Made by a program: the position numbers and the translations under genes | Notes under the pieces: generated by a model | The model's input: the letters and a program-made list of their open reading frames with translations, nothing else | Told to the model about the DNA's origin: nothing | The model's database searches: none | Part shown: piece by piece, positions 49,220-62,546 of the stretch | Layout of the letters: each line of letters begins with the position of its first letter | Numbering within the stretch: position 1 is the first letter of the stretch | Assembly: GCF_009914755.1 (NCBI RefSeq) | Contig: NC_060943.1 | DNA: 64,000 nt | Direction: 5' to 3' (one strand) | Source of the DNA: the human T2T-CHM13v2.0 reference genome, Homo sapiens

Positions 49220-49542
49220 TCTGTTGTTGTTATTGTTGTTGTTTGTTTGTTTGCTTTGAGGCCGGGTCTCACTCCCTTAGCCCAGGCTGGAGTGCAGTGG
49301 CGCGATCTCGGCTCACTGCAAGCTCTACTTCCTGGGCTTCAAGTGATTCTTCCATCTCAGCCTCCCAAGTACCTGGGTCTACAGGCATGTGCTACCATGC
49401 CTAGGTAATTTTTTTCATATTTTTAGTAGAGATGAGGTTCCGACACGTTGCCCAGGATGGTCTCGAACTGCTGGGCTCAAGCCATCCTCCCGCCTTGGCC
49501 TCCCAGAATGCTGGGACTACAGGCATGAGCCAGCACGCCCAG
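49220..49542 (-). mobile_element. Alu (AluJ-like)
   Basis: Antisense dimer with (TTG)n/(TTTG)n tail. Confidence 0.88.
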
Positions 49543-50253
49543 TCAGCATCTGCTTTTTAATAGTCAGCATTCACATGATGTTTTTAATTTTGGCATAAAT
49601 ATATTTTTTTGTCTCATTCTTGATCAGTGTAACCATTTCTACATGAAAATGATTTAAATATACTGATTTCCCTCCATATAGTTATATTTTAAATTACTAT
49701 TATCTGTCTGAGGATGTAACGTACAGATTTTATAACTTGGGACCCAAATCTGGAATTAACCAAAACCTCGCCTCCAAGCAACCTCATTACTTCAGGAGAA
49801 CATTTTTTTCTTCACTTTCCTGAATGGTCATATCACACACTGCTACTTGTCATGTAACTTTTTCAACAATCTCACGCTTACTTAATTTCTGCATAGATTT
49901 ATTATATCAGATCGAAGGTTGCACACTCAAAGAGATCCCCATCATTGCCAGATTGATTCAGGACCTAATTTTTTTAATTGCGTAGACCTTTAATGACTCT
50001 ACTGCAGGCCTTAATAAAACTTTGATAATATGAATATTTACATAATAATTGCATCATATTTCATTTACAATTGTTCTTACTAGTTATTGTTTATCATTGG
50101 GGTGGAAGTTCACCCTGTCTTGTTCATCACCTTCTCATAATTGGGAGAGGTTCATAATTAAGATTACATTGCGGCACAGAAGAGTAAGTCATCAATTGAA
50201 CCATGAGCAAATATATACAATGTACATGTTTATGATGAGGTTAGGAGATCTTG

Positions 50254-51159
50254 TCATCTTTTCCAGGCAAAACAAAACCTGTATACACTGGGGTCACAGC
50301 TCATGAGAACAAAGGGGCTGAGAGTTGGGAAACATACACTCATTAAGGCTGAAGTGTTCACCAGTAAACTATTGGGATTATCCAAAAGAGCCATACAAAC
50401 TTGGAAAAGGCAGGAGAGAGTGTAAGAAGACACAAAGGTGCTCACCAGGATGAGGATGCTCTGCGTAGCTCTGTTCTCTGGGGAGGCTCTGGGGGAGAGA
50501 TCGCTCCTATCAATGTGCTGGACCCGCTGCTTGTGCCTGTGCAGTATGCAAACCATGGAGCTGCTGACCCAGAGCATGAGCCCCAGACACAACACATCAG
50601 GGAATGATAACAACATTGCACGCAGTGTCTGTGCGATTTTGTTGTTGCCTCCCCCAGAACAGTATCCCAAATCCTCGTTCACTGTGATGTTTGTGTAGTT
50701 CCATTTGCCAGTCACATACATGGGAAAGATGATGTTTACCAACATGCACACGATCCAGCACAGGAGAACAGAAAAGCCAACATGCTTGGGGGCTTTCTCT
50801 TTAAGTTTTGCCCACCTGGATTTCCTGGAGCTGACCGTGATCACCTGGAAGACACTCAAGAGGCAGGTGGTGCCAATGGACACTCCCCTGCCCACTCTAT
50901 GGAGATAGAAAACAAGTTTGCACCCAAGAGCATTGAGAAAATATCTAACCCCAAAAGCTGCCATTGTCTGGGGGACTCCTTTACAGCGGAGAGCTAAGAA
51001 GTTGGCTACAATCAGGTGCTTAACAATCAAATCTGTGGACCTTAACCTGCACCCAGTGCAGTAAAAGGAGAGATAATGGAGAAGAACAGAGAAGCTCCCC
51101 AGGACTCCCACCACGGTCTGTGATAAGATCATTCCCACTGCCACATACCGGGAGGCCAT
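50254..51159 (-). CDS. VN1R4: Vomeronasal type-1 receptor 4 (301 aa)
   Basis: First ATG at 51159 (MASRYVAVGMILSQ); intact 7TM V1R ORF with HRVGRGVSIGTTCLLSVFQVITV and FPTLSPFVLM; acceptor TTCCATGCAG| at 51209/51208. Confidence 0.94.
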   Translation of the reverse strand: MASRYVAVGMILSQTVVGVLGSFSVLLHYLSFYCTGCRLRSTDLIVKHLIVANFLALRCKGVPQTMAAFGVRYFLNALGCKLVFYLHRVGRGVSIGTTCLLSVFQVITVSSRKSRWAKLKEKAPKHVGFSVLLCWIVCMLVNIIFPMYVTGKWNYTNITVNEDLGYCSGGGNNKIAQTLRAMLLSFPDVLCLGLMLWVSSSMVCILHRHKQRVQHIDRSDLSPRASPENRATQSILILVSTFVSSYTLSCLFQVCMALLDNPNSLLVNTSALMSVCFPTLSPFVLMSCDPSVYRFCFAWKR

Positions 51160-51618
51160 TCTGCCACTGATGTCTGTCACTGATGTTTGTCTTCAGGGCT
51201 GGGAGGTCCTGCATGGAAATAGGAGGCATGAGCTACGTTTATAGTGTCACCTGCAACCCAGCATTCTCCACCTCCCATTGCTCTGCCCTTAGAAATACTT
51301 AAAGTCACTCTTCTCTTAAGAGGCTTTTGAGAGTTGAATGCGTAACCTTTAAAGAGCACTTCCCATGTGGGAATCACTGCTGTGCAGATCATACGTGCGG
51401 CAACTTCTTTATTCACAAACCTATGAGGCAGGCATTACTATTACTTTCATTGTAAATATGAGAAGGACATACACACAGAGAGGTGAAGTGGCTGGCAACA
51501 TTTCCACCCTACTTACAGGCAAAATGCGAACTTGAACCTGCCTGGTTTTATTGCAAAGACAGTGCATTTAGCCGTTATAGTTGACTAACAAAGCTAGATA
51601 GCTGTGTTCTTTGAATAA

Positions 51619-51619
<1 letters not shown>

Positions 51620-51661
<42 letters not shown>

Positions 51662-51668
51662 ACACACA
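51620..51668. repeat. (CA)n microsatellite
   Basis: About 24 units with one interruption. Confidence 0.95.
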
Positions 51669-52877
51669 CCCCTTTGTTTTTATTCCTTGTCATTATATTT
51701 CAGTCTTGTAGTAGGTTACTGTATGTTGTAATGATTTTACATTATGTGTAAAAATGTATTCTATTTGTCAATATCCAAATAAATAAAGGTTTAGAGATCT
51801 TAAAAAATGTAGATGCAGGGATTACAGTTTGATACTATAGAAACCTGCACCATGACAAGTTGGATTTAATGACTGCAAGCATGGATCAATATTAGAATGG
51901 AAAGAGAGTAAAAAACATTGTGAGCATTTGCTTTTGTGCCACGGACAAAGGCATAAAGGCACCTACCACAATCATGTCTTACCCAAAACAATAGGACATG
52001 AAACAACAATATGGGATAAAATAGTGTAAGGTAATAACCAAATTCTTACAAATGTTAGATGACATATCTAGATCTATTAATAACTGAGTTAAATAAATTA
52101 TTATCCTTAGGACAATATTTGCATAACTAAATTAAAATGTGACAAACGTGAAAATTGGAAACTCTAGTGGGTGTATATTATATATACTTTGTAAACGGAA
52201 ATTAGAGAGTTTGGGTGATGTTAGAATCTATCTGAAGCAGAGAACACATCAGAGGACACATTTGAGTCTGATAGCTGCTCTCTTTAGCTCATTATTATAA
52301 AGTTACCTTTTCCTTAAATGCTGCCTCCTTAACATCAAGAGGAAAGACAGTCTCACCATAATCAACAGACTATGGCAGTTTTCAGTAGAGACACAATTAA
52401 TGCTCCCATTAAGCCCTGCACACTCTCAGAATTAGAGAAAACATTTTCGTTCCAGCAACTACTAATTAGATACACTGTTTGTGTAAGGAATTACATGACT
52501 CCTGTAGAGTCAATCTATTCATTACAAGTATGGTGATATTATAGTCATTTCCTCAGCAATCCTGAAATTTTAGTGTATAATTCCTGTTGGGTAGGCGGAA
52601 CAGCAGATTGATTTTAGTACCACAGTCCTTAAGAATGCAACCAGCTTTCATTATTACGACAGATTGATTTAAGAATGTTAGTCCTTAAGAACATAGTCAG
52701 GTTTCACTGTTATTTGGTGAAAAACCAACAGTGCGGGTCAGTGTGGATTCTCCTAAATCACATCAGGACCGCCCAAGGATTGGTGTGGGGCTAGGACCCC
52801 ATTTCTCTTTAGTAGCTCAGCTCATGGCTCACAACCATTCCTCTTTTCTTGGTGACTTGGGGGTTAGACTAGTTTTC

Positions 52878-54251
52878 TTTTTTTTTTTTTTTTATTGATC
52901 ATTCTTGGGTGTTTCTCGCAGAGGGGGATTTGGCAGGGTCATAGGACAATGGTGGAGGTAAGGTCAGCAGATAAACAAGTGAACAAAGGTCTCTGGTTTT
53001 CCTAGGCAGAGGACCCTGCGGCCTTCCGCAGTGTTTGTGTCCCTGGGTACTTGAGATTAGGGAGTGGTGATGACTCTTAAGGAGCATGCTGCCTTCAAGC
53101 ATCTGTTTAACAAAGCACACCTTGCACCACCCTTAATCCATTTAACCCTGAGTGGACACAGCACATGTTTCAGAGAGCACAGGGTTGGGGGTAAGGTCAC
53201 AGATCAACAGGATCCCAAGGCAGAAGAATTTTTCTTAGTACAGAACAAAATGAAAAGTCTCCCATGTCTACCTCTTTCTACACAGACACGGCAACCATCC
53301 GATTTCTCAATCTTTTCCCCCACGCTTCCCCCCTTTCTATTCCACAAAACCGCCATTGTCATCCTGGCCCGTTCTCAATGAGCTGTTGGGCACACCTCCC
53401 AGACGGGGTGGTGGCCGGGCAGAGGGGCTCCTCACTTCCCAGTAGGGGCGGCCGGGCAGAGGCGCCCCTCACCTTCTGGACGGGGTGGCTGCCGGGCGGA
53501 GGGGCTCCTCTCTTCTCAGACGGGGCGGCCGGGCAGAGGCGCTCCTCACTTCCCAGATGGGGCGGCGGGGCAGAGACGCTCCCCACATCCCAGACGATGG
53601 GCGGCCGGGCAGAGACGCTCCTCACTTCCTAGATGTGATGGCGGCCGGGAAGACACGCTCCTCACTTCCCAGACTGGGCAGCCAGGCAGAGGGGCTCCTC
53701 ACGTCCCAGACGATGGGCGGCCAGGCAGAGACGCTCCTCACTTCCCAGACGGGGTGGCGGCCGGGCAGAGGCTGCAATCTCGGCTCTTTGGGAGGCCAAG
53801 GCAGGCGGCTGGGAGGTGGAGGTTGTAGCGAGCCGAGATCACGCCACTGCACTCCAGCCTGGGCACCATTGAGCACTGAGTAAACGCGACTCCGTCTGCA
53901 ATCCCGGCACCTCGGGAGGCCGAGGCTGGCGGATCACTCGCGGCTAGGAGCTGGAGACCAGCCCGGCCATCACAGCGAAACCCCGTCTCCACCAAAAAAA
54001 TATGAAAACCAGTCAGGCGTGGCGGCGCGCACCTGCAATTGCAGGCACTCGGCAGGCTGAGGCAGGAGAATCAGGCAGGGAGGTTGCAGTGAGCCGAGAT
54101 GGCAGCAGTACAGTCCAGCTTCGGCTCGGCATCAGAGGGAGACCGTGGAAAGAGAGGGAGAGGGAGACCGTGGGGAGAGGGAGACCATGGGGAGAGGGAG
54201 AGGGAGAGGGAGAGGGAGAGGGAGAGGGAGAGGGAGAGGGAGAGGGAGAGG
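52878..54251 (-). mobile_element. SVA retrotransposon, full length, short VNTR
   Basis: Poly-T, SINE-R, VNTR, Alu-like domain, (GGGAGA)n; TSD GACTAGTTTTC at 52867-52877 and 54252-54262. Confidence 0.97.
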
Positions 54252-54300
54252 GACTAGTTTTCAATCTAGAACAATTTCTTATTATAATAGGATAACTTAC

Positions 54301-54800
54301 CCTGGCTCCTGGGAGGCACCCTTCCCTACAGACTGAAACAGAAACTTTCTCCCCAGCTCCATCTTGCTGCTAGGACGGTGGGCTCAGTGCGAAGGTTGCC
54401 ACAGCCAGGATCATGTGGGAGGGAAGCAGCCAGACCCTGAGATATGGGTTTGTGGTTCTGTGACCTCACCTCCCCTCAGAACTGCAATTATCTTTTCACC
54501 TGCAGTGGCAACGACAGTGCAGCCTTGGGGAGCTGAGAACGTTTCAGAACAACTTTTCTTCCCAATTGCTAATCACCAAAAGCAATGACAAGTTTCTGGC
54601 CAGCATCTCTTCAGAGACTATGAGGAGTGTTTGGGAGAGGCTCTTTCGTCTCCATTCCCTGGAGAGACACAGTCTTACATGGAGGGAGCAGGAAACGCTG
54701 AGTTCTGACCTGTGGCACACTCACAGTGAGGGACGAGTGTCCCCGGATACTCTGCTTTGCTGGGAGGTTCTGCCCCAAAGCGAGCTCTTTCCTAATCTTC
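54301..54800 (-). promoter_or_regulatory. Putative VN1R4 non-coding first exon and promoter region
   Basis: Strong donor CAGG|GTAAGT at 54301/54300; best-conserved part of the block shared with 2445-2930. Confidence 0.5.
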
Positions 54801-55239
54801 ATGCCACTCAGCTGCAGCATCATTAGATTATGTGCAGAGAAGTGAACCCAGACAGAGTGCCTGAGAAGGATTTTCAAAGGGATACAAGTAAAAGGACAAA
54901 CAGGATGCCAACGGCTCAATGCCAATTAATTTGGAATCTAGATGATGTGGATCAGGTGGCTAAAAAGTCACGCTTTGATCAATCCTGGGAAGCAAATACT
55001 GCTTACTAGATTCAAGAGCATTGGATGGTTGCCACAGTCCTCTACATTTGTATGTGTGTGTGTGTTTCTGAATGTTCAGTAATGATCACTGATTGCTCTT
55101 GTAATAAATTAAGAAATATAAAATGTGAATTCAAGTTAATCTTTTGGGTTTTCCTACAAACAAATGTTATTCAGGCCCTCCATTCAATGCATCTCAGTTT
55201 CCATGTCAGGGATCAGAGCCATAAGGTGAACAACCCCTA

Positions 55240-55515
55240 CCGTACACACAGACGTATATTCACACATAGATGTACACACACAGGTGCAAACACATGCATA
55301 CGTGCACAGCAGCACAAATCAAAGGAACATCACATACATATACACAGCTAGACACTCGCCCTCACATACATATTCCACCACAGGCTCACACCCACCCACA
55401 CACCCATCACAAACCCACACTCATATTCAAATACACTCACTATGCCCAGCACTCACACAGACTCACACAGTCCCACTGACCTTTAAACACCACACTCGCA
55501 GCGTCAGCACACGCA
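55240..55515. repeat. CA-rich low-complexity tract
   Basis: Degenerate (CA)n. Confidence 0.8.
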
Positions 55516-57374
55516 TTTGTATCTTGACACCAGGTTCCTATCTGGAGAATAGCGGCGGTCATGGCTCTATTGTGATTCAGCCTGTATACTTCTTTCCACT
55601 TTGCACCACTCATGATGATGACGTCACCATGTGCAATGTATAAAATGATGTGCACGTTGCTACTTTGGTCCAAGGCGTTAAGTAGAAAAGTTGGAGTACT
55701 GGGGTCGATATTGCATGGGTGTGTGACAGAGGGTCTGATATTGCGTGGGTGTGTGACAGAGTGTGACATTGCACAGGTTTGTGACATAGGGTAAATCTGG
55801 GGGCTCATGGAAAGGACGCTATTGAGGCAGAGCACCTGTAAATGTAGATTGACGGTGAACAGGAGACAGAGCACAGAGGCTTAAAAGGGACAAGGAGGTT
55901 AATTTCCAGACAGTGGAAGATGCCGTAGGTTTTAAGGGTGCACAGGGGAAAAGCGTGCAAGGAGCTAAGCATATGGGGGATACTAGGTGCTGTGAGGACA
56001 AGGGGTGCCAGAGTCATGGAATGAAAGGAGACGATGGGGAGGTAGAGATAATGAGGGAAAGTGGGTAAACAGCAGGACAGGGTTCAAGACACCGGCGACT
56101 TGATGTCAATGGAAGGTTAAAGAAAATGAGGGGAAGGGAAGTAACAGGTGGGGTGCACAGGTCCTGGGAGTGGTCAGTGACCCAAAGTGGAGACGGGGAT
56201 GGGAATGGTGGAAGGAACTACGTATATGTCGTAGGCCTGGGAGGAAAATGAGAGCAGGGTGATGAGAGGAACTGGAAGGGTCATGGGAATGAGCAGCCAA
56301 TGGGTTTGGGGGAAGAGGGCAGGGACTAGAGAGTTCTGGGAGAAGGGTTGGAGGGCTGGGGAAGCTGAGGACATCGGGAGGTTGATTGCTGGGACATTTG
56401 AAGGAGAAGGGCATGGAGATTATGGAATATGGGCTGAGATCATTGGAATGTGGATTGATTTAGGGCTTAGGAGAAGGAGGACATGGAAGGTGGAGAGTGT
56501 GGGGGCAGTGGGAGGTGGGGAGGGCTTGCCTGACTTCCCCACAATGGATGATACAGAGGTGCTGGAGGCATGGAGGCCAAGAAGGGCATGAGATAGCGGT
56601 GGGGTCCAACGTAGAAGTCTAAAGCTGTCAGGAGGATGGGGGAGTGGATTGATGTGGAGGCCCGGGTGGTGACTAAGGGTCATAATGGTGGTGAGAGGGA
56701 GGCCACAGGGGAGATGAAGGAGGAGGGAGGAACTACATGGAGGTTGGGGTCGTGGAAGGCACTGGGGAAGATTGGAGGTCACTAATTCATTCTCCATTCA
56801 TCATCTCTCTCATTTACAGTGGACTCACAACTGAGTCATGGATAGACTCTAGTTCCAGTTCGTGAAGAGCAAATTATGATTCTGTAAAACACCCCCGAGA
56901 ATGCTTAAAAGTTAACATGCAGTAGAGGGCCACAGGGAGCATCTGGGATGTGCAACATGCCACAGCATTTTCTCTTCTCCTTCAGGACACCAGGTACAGA
57001 ATGTGACTGCAGTGGGTCCGGCAGGAGAGGCTGTTTCCTGGCACCTGGTGCTCAGTGATAGAAGGAGGTGTCAGAAGGCCCCTTCCTGCTTCTGTGGATG
57101 TCTTGAGTTTATTTTGTGTCCCAAATTCAAAAGTATGAGCTTCTTTTATTTATTGTGGTATTTCCAAAATATGGCACATGCATATTAATAGCATATAGTA
57201 ATATGCCATTAAAATATAGCATATTAAGAAAATAAAATACAGAATTCAACATTTGAGCACTCTTTCCTTTTGCTTTTCTGTCACTGGAAACCATCACAAG
57301 AGGTGAAGAGTGGTAATCATTTTGTTGATACATTGAGAATATTTTTTCAATAATATTTTATCATCAAAAAATGC

Positions 57375-57895
57375 ATTGGCTGGTTCTCCAACCCCTGGTG
57401 TTATCGTGTGGTTATGTTAAGTTCCACGTAGGCAAAAGAGACTTTGTGGTATAATTAACAATCAGCTGAAATGAACCCGGGAGATTATCCTGGATGATCT
57501 AGGCGAGTCTAATGTAATCAGCTGAGCTCTTAAAGCAGACAAAGAAGTTAGAGACACCACCAAAGAGGAAGTCATGGCTTGGAGGGAAGAGGGGGATTTC
57601 ACAGGCTGTTGCTGGCTCTGAAGACGATAGGCAGGTGGAAATCATGAGAAGAAAAGGGGATTTGTCAGCCACCTAAATGATCGTAGAAGCAGAGATTCTC
57701 CCCTGTGGAAGCAGATTCTCTCCCAAGCTTGCAGAGAAAAGCCCAGGCAGCTGACCCCGGGATTCAGACCTTGTGAGACCCTGAGCGGAGGACACAGCCA
57801 AGCACTGTGGGCTTCTGACCTACGGGGAAAAAATAAATGGGTGCTGTTGTAAGGCGCTGAATTTGTGTAATGGTGGAGTCATGGGAAACTGATAA
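57375..57895 (+). mobile_element. MaLR LTR (MLT1-like)
   Basis: GGGAGATTATCCTGGATGATCT, GACCTTGTGAGACCCTGAGC, AATAAATGGGTGCTG motifs. Confidence 0.75.
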
Positions 57896-58019
57896 GTACA
57901 GGATCCAATTTAATGACAAAATGTTTAAACAGTTAAATAAAATGAGCTATAAATACCGCAGCAAAGATACAAGGCTGATCCCAGGCATAACAATTGTTAC
58001 CAGTTTGAGATGTATCCTC

Positions 58020-58280
58020 CTTTATATATTGATAGCTCTATAAATACATCTCTCTCTATATATAGAGAGAGAGATACATGTATGAAGATCTTATATATAG
58101 ACAGATATAGATCTATATCTTCATATCTATATCTAAATGTAGAGTTACAGAGACATAGATCTATAGAGATAGACATAGATACAAATATAGATAAATATGT
58201 AGACACACATATATGTTTGCATAGATGGACATATACATAGATAGGTCTATTTGTATATATACATACACATATACATTATA
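58020..58280. repeat. TA/GATA-rich low-complexity tract
   Basis: Degenerate (TA)n/(TAGA)n. Confidence 0.8.
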
Positions 58281-58979
58281 AGGCATTTTGTCTTCCTTCA
58301 AAATTCATATAAATATATGTTCATGTTGGAGTCACTGTTCGTGTTGCTTCACCCAGTCAGTGATGAGTGTGGAAGATGTTTCTATACCTCCTTCTCGGAA
58401 ACACCGCATCCTATTTCCTGGCACGTATGCATGAAGCATGTCACTGAATCGCTCCTGTTTACCCCTGTACAGAGTCGCATGTGCTTGTCTGTCTCCTGCT
58501 GTGAAATGCTGCAGGGAGTGTAGGTGGCTGAAAAAACAATACTTTTATCCTGTAATTGATAATGCTGAACGTGAGATTTTATTTTTGCATGGGGTCAGAC
58601 AGTCTGTAGTATATGATTGTGGGAGGAAGAAGTGGGTAAAGAAATCAATAATATTTTATCATTGAAAAGAATGCGTGAATATGCACTATTACTGTTTGTC
58701 AATTTAAAAATAAATTAATTAAATATAAACAGTAGGCACCCCAAAACTTTTTGAATCTATTACACATATGCAATAAAAAGAATGCAGTATGATTAGAAAC
58801 ATCGTTTTCTAAGAAAAAAACTATTTTTTCCATCATCGAAAGTACTCAACCTAAGATTTTATTTTTGCATGGGGTCGAAAGGTACATAGTACATGCTTGA
58901 GGGTGGAAGAATTGGGTACAGAAGTCAGCTACAGGTAGTTTTTTGTTTTAAAAGGGTATGCGACTTTTTAAAACATAAA

Positions 58980-59228
58980 CTTAATTGACAAATAACAACT
59001 GTACATATTTACGGAGTACATTGTGATGCTTTGATATATGTATATGTTGTGGAATGATGAAGTCAATCAGTTTTATACCCATTATTGACATAGCTATCAC
59101 TTTTTTGGCAAGAACATTTGAAATTCACTCTCTTAGTAATTGTGTATATTTACAGTATGCATTATTATGAACTACAGTCATCATCCGGTGCCATAGATCT
59201 TAAAAAATTATTCCTCCTTTCTCACTGT
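58980..59228 (-). mobile_element. L1MA-like 3' end fragment
   Basis: TTAATTGACAAATAACAACTGTACATATTTA antisense 3' terminus. Confidence 0.7.
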
Positions 59229-59787
59229 GCATGAATTTTTAAGATAAATGCAGTGGAGGTCAAAGGATTAATGCAAGCAAAGATGTTTCAGGGAAGAAGT
59301 TTTAGCAGTTCTGCTTCATAAAAATGGTAATTTAACCTGTTTCAGTTTTCTGGACAATATGAGCATTTGGATTTTTTGAAAGCAAGTGAATTTCTTATTG
59401 ATGGCAAAACAAAACAAAACCATGATGTTTTCAGAGAGAGAACACAGCAATTGACCCAGGACAGGACATTTACCTGAGAACATGCCTTTCCTATCTCCTA
59501 ATCCTTCTCTTGCTCTTCCTTATTCCCAGAGCTTCTTCCTCAGATGAGATTATCTTGAGAAATCCCACGTGAATTTTGAAAATATGCCTTTTTAACTTCG
59601 TTTTCTCTTCCCCACACCACCACTGCACCCACGGGCAGAAGGAACTTGAAATGGAGAAAGGGCAACCTCTGCCTCTGTCCTTTGTCACAGGAGAGGTTCA
59701 GGAAGCCTGTGGGTGACAAACCCACCTGAATAGGCCAGACAGACCCCACACCCTGATATCTCTGTGAGAATTCTTGGGAACACTCCT

Positions 59788-60205
59788 TTATCAGGTCCTT
59801 CCTTGCATTGCTGTAAAGAAATACATGAGGCTCGGTCATATTAAAGAAAAGAGAATGAACATGCTCATGGTTCTGCAGGCTGTACGGGAAATATTGCAGC
59901 ATCTTTCTCTAGGGAGGCCTCAGGAAGCTTTTACTCATGGTGGAAGGCAAAGAGGGATTAGGCATTTCACATGGCAAAAGCAGGGACAAGAGAGTGTGGA
60001 GGCAGGTGCTGGACACTGTTAAATGACCAGATCTCATGAGAACTCACTTACTCTGGAAAGGACACAACCACAGGGGAGGAGGCTAAACCATTCATGAGAA
60101 AACCGCCCCCACGATCCAATCATCTCCCACCAGGCCCCAGGTCAAACACTGGGGATGACATTTCAATAGGAGATTTGGGCGGGGACACACATCCAAACTA
60201 TATCA
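59788..60205 (-). mobile_element. MaLR LTR (MST family)
   Basis: CTTGCATTGCTGTAAAGAAATAC ... ACATCCAAACTATATCA; same family as 26-441 in opposite orientation. Confidence 0.85.
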
Positions 60206-61987
60206 ACTCCCATCTCGTCTCTGCAGAGAGGCAAGTCTTCACTCCAGCCCTAATCCCCAAATGCTGCCCAGACCTCAGGATCTTTAAATCCTGGTGAGTT
60301 GCTGAGCTCCTGTCCACACCCTGGAGCTGTGCCTGCCTTCCTGTTCCCATCAGAGCCACTGACTCTTTCCAGGAGCTGTCCCTGGAACTGAGAGTTGGCT
60401 TCTTGCAGTTCTCCCCATCTGACATGGGCTTTTAAAAATTCCATGGATACATGGAGAGTTTGGGTGACCCATCCCCCATAGCCACACTGCATACTCTAGT
60501 CCATTCCTGGACTCACAGTGAGCCAGACTGTTCTTAGACCTCACTCATCCTTGGTCCCACAAGGGCCAGAATCTCCAGTCCTGGTTTCCACTGAGCTCCC
60601 TGCCATGGGAGACTGAGCTGCTCATCCCCTTTCGAGATACAGAATGAAACAGCCTGGGCTTATGTATGAACATTTTAAACATGCAGAAAATAGTGTATGT
60701 TGTTCAAAATATATAGTTCTAGGTTAAGTTAAACAAATTATGGGACGGGCAAACAGCAAATTATATTATTTGTTTCAGATGTACACATGTGTGATAAAAT
60801 GAAAGTGCTAGCAACAGAATAACTAAGAAATGGAGAAAGAGGGAGAGGTGATTAGATCAGATGTGATTGCATCATGATTAGGTTAGCCAGGGGGAGTGAC
60901 TGTGGGGCTCTGGGGCAGTATAAATGCCAGCAGGAGAATGGATCTTCCCCTCAGTGTTCTTTGCTGTCTTCATCGCAGAAGCCCCACTGTGAGGAGTAGA
61001 GTCTGCAGAGGGTCCACTTACCTGAGCGACTGCTAGAGGGAAGGAAGACAACAGGTTGGTACATTACAATTTTGGGACTTGGTTTATTCCCACAGGAGAA
61101 ATAGAAGAGTGAGAAAACTCTGTAGTGGGTGGTTTTAGATGTCGAGGTAAAGATTACTTAATTGCTTAATAGTGTTTCTTAAGACAGAGCCTGACTCAAA
61201 AAACGTTTCAGAAATTGTAATGATCGAAAAAATATATATTAAGAAAAACAAAAAGAAGAAAAACAAAAAACAAAACGAAAAAAATTAAAAACAAAATTTT
61301 AATGATCATATAAAGATCAACGTTTGCAAGGAATGCTCACCCAGCACCCTGAATTGTGTGGGTGCTGGATGAGCAGTTATGGAGACCTGGTGCCTTTGAC
61401 GGAGGGCTTTTAAATAAGAGATTTCTTCACTTATCTTTTGTATCGGTATACTCATTGACGTTTGCTAGGAGCTGGTAAAAATTCAGGGCCCTGAGCCTCT
61501 ATACCTAGATTAAGCCAAGCAAGACTTAGGCTGTGAGCACCCAATCTATAATGGTGGTATAAAGAATGGTTCTACTTAAATACGTAGTTAAAAATGTTTC
61601 TTTACCTCTCAATTTTGGCGATTTGGATTTTGAAGAGGAAAGCACACTTTATTCTAGATTTTCGAATGTGTTTGTCCCCAATGTAGCATTCCCTGATCTT
61701 TTTTTTTTTTTATTTTCATGGCGGTATTGTCTTCTCTTTTTCCTAATATGATCTATGCAGATAAATTTTATTATCTTTCTATGGGCACCCATGGTAATGT
61801 ATCCTACTACTGCTTTCAAATAAAGAACACGTTTTCCTGTTGTATTCTATTTATTTTTTCATCTGCTCCAACTTATTGTTTGATTTGCCATTTCCATCTT
61901 TTCATTTTTGCAATCTCATGTTTTTCTGTCTCTAAGCTGTCTCCATGGACCTGAGCACTTCCCCTAAATTTTATCTTTTTTCAATCA

Positions 61988-62546
61988 TGTTGTGGCAAAA
62001 AAAAGATGCCCGACTGAGACCCCAGGAGAGGGTTCTTTGTTCTCACACAGGAAGGAATTCCAGGCGAGTTGCAGAGAACAGTGAGAAGAGAGAGTTTACT
62101 GAAAGCTACTGCATTACACAGTAGGGCGACCTCAGAATGTGACCGGAAAATGCACCGTCTTTTTTTTTCCTTTTAAGTTGTTCTGATATAGAGTCTTTTC
62201 CATGTGAAGATTTAACTAAGCTGTGTCTACATGCGGTGGGCTGATAGCATGACAATGTTTAGTATCCTGTTGATTTAAAGAAAACTCTCCTTGACATTCC
62301 AGTGTGTAGCTTAGGAAAGCATAGCTATCATTATGTTGAAGGCATCTATTGCTTTGGATATTGGGCATCTGGACATTTTGCTTTCATAGGAGTCTGTCTT
62401 GCAAGCATTGCTAAGCTGCTTCCTCAGCCACAGACATCTTAGAACCAGGGTGGTGACTGGCCAGGACTGTGCCTTGCTAGTTTCAAGAAGGAGTTGATTT
62501 CTAAATGGTGTTGCCCTCACTCTCCTATGTTCCTGTTTCCCTAGCA
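61988..62546 (-). mobile_element. ERV solo LTR (possibly LTR47-like)
   Basis: TG..CA termini; minus strand begins TGCTAGGGAAACAGGAACATAGGAGAG; subfamily uncertain. Confidence 0.6.

Noticed and set aside
47560-52712. Short tandem duplications (about 47560-47672, about 52604-52712; also 43411-43446) as array-like or CRISPR-like structures
   Set aside because: Two-copy slippage duplications with no spacers, in a eukaryotic context.
55025-56797. His/Thr-rich and Pro-rich ORFs
   Set aside because: Explained by CA-rich and purine-skewed low complexity.
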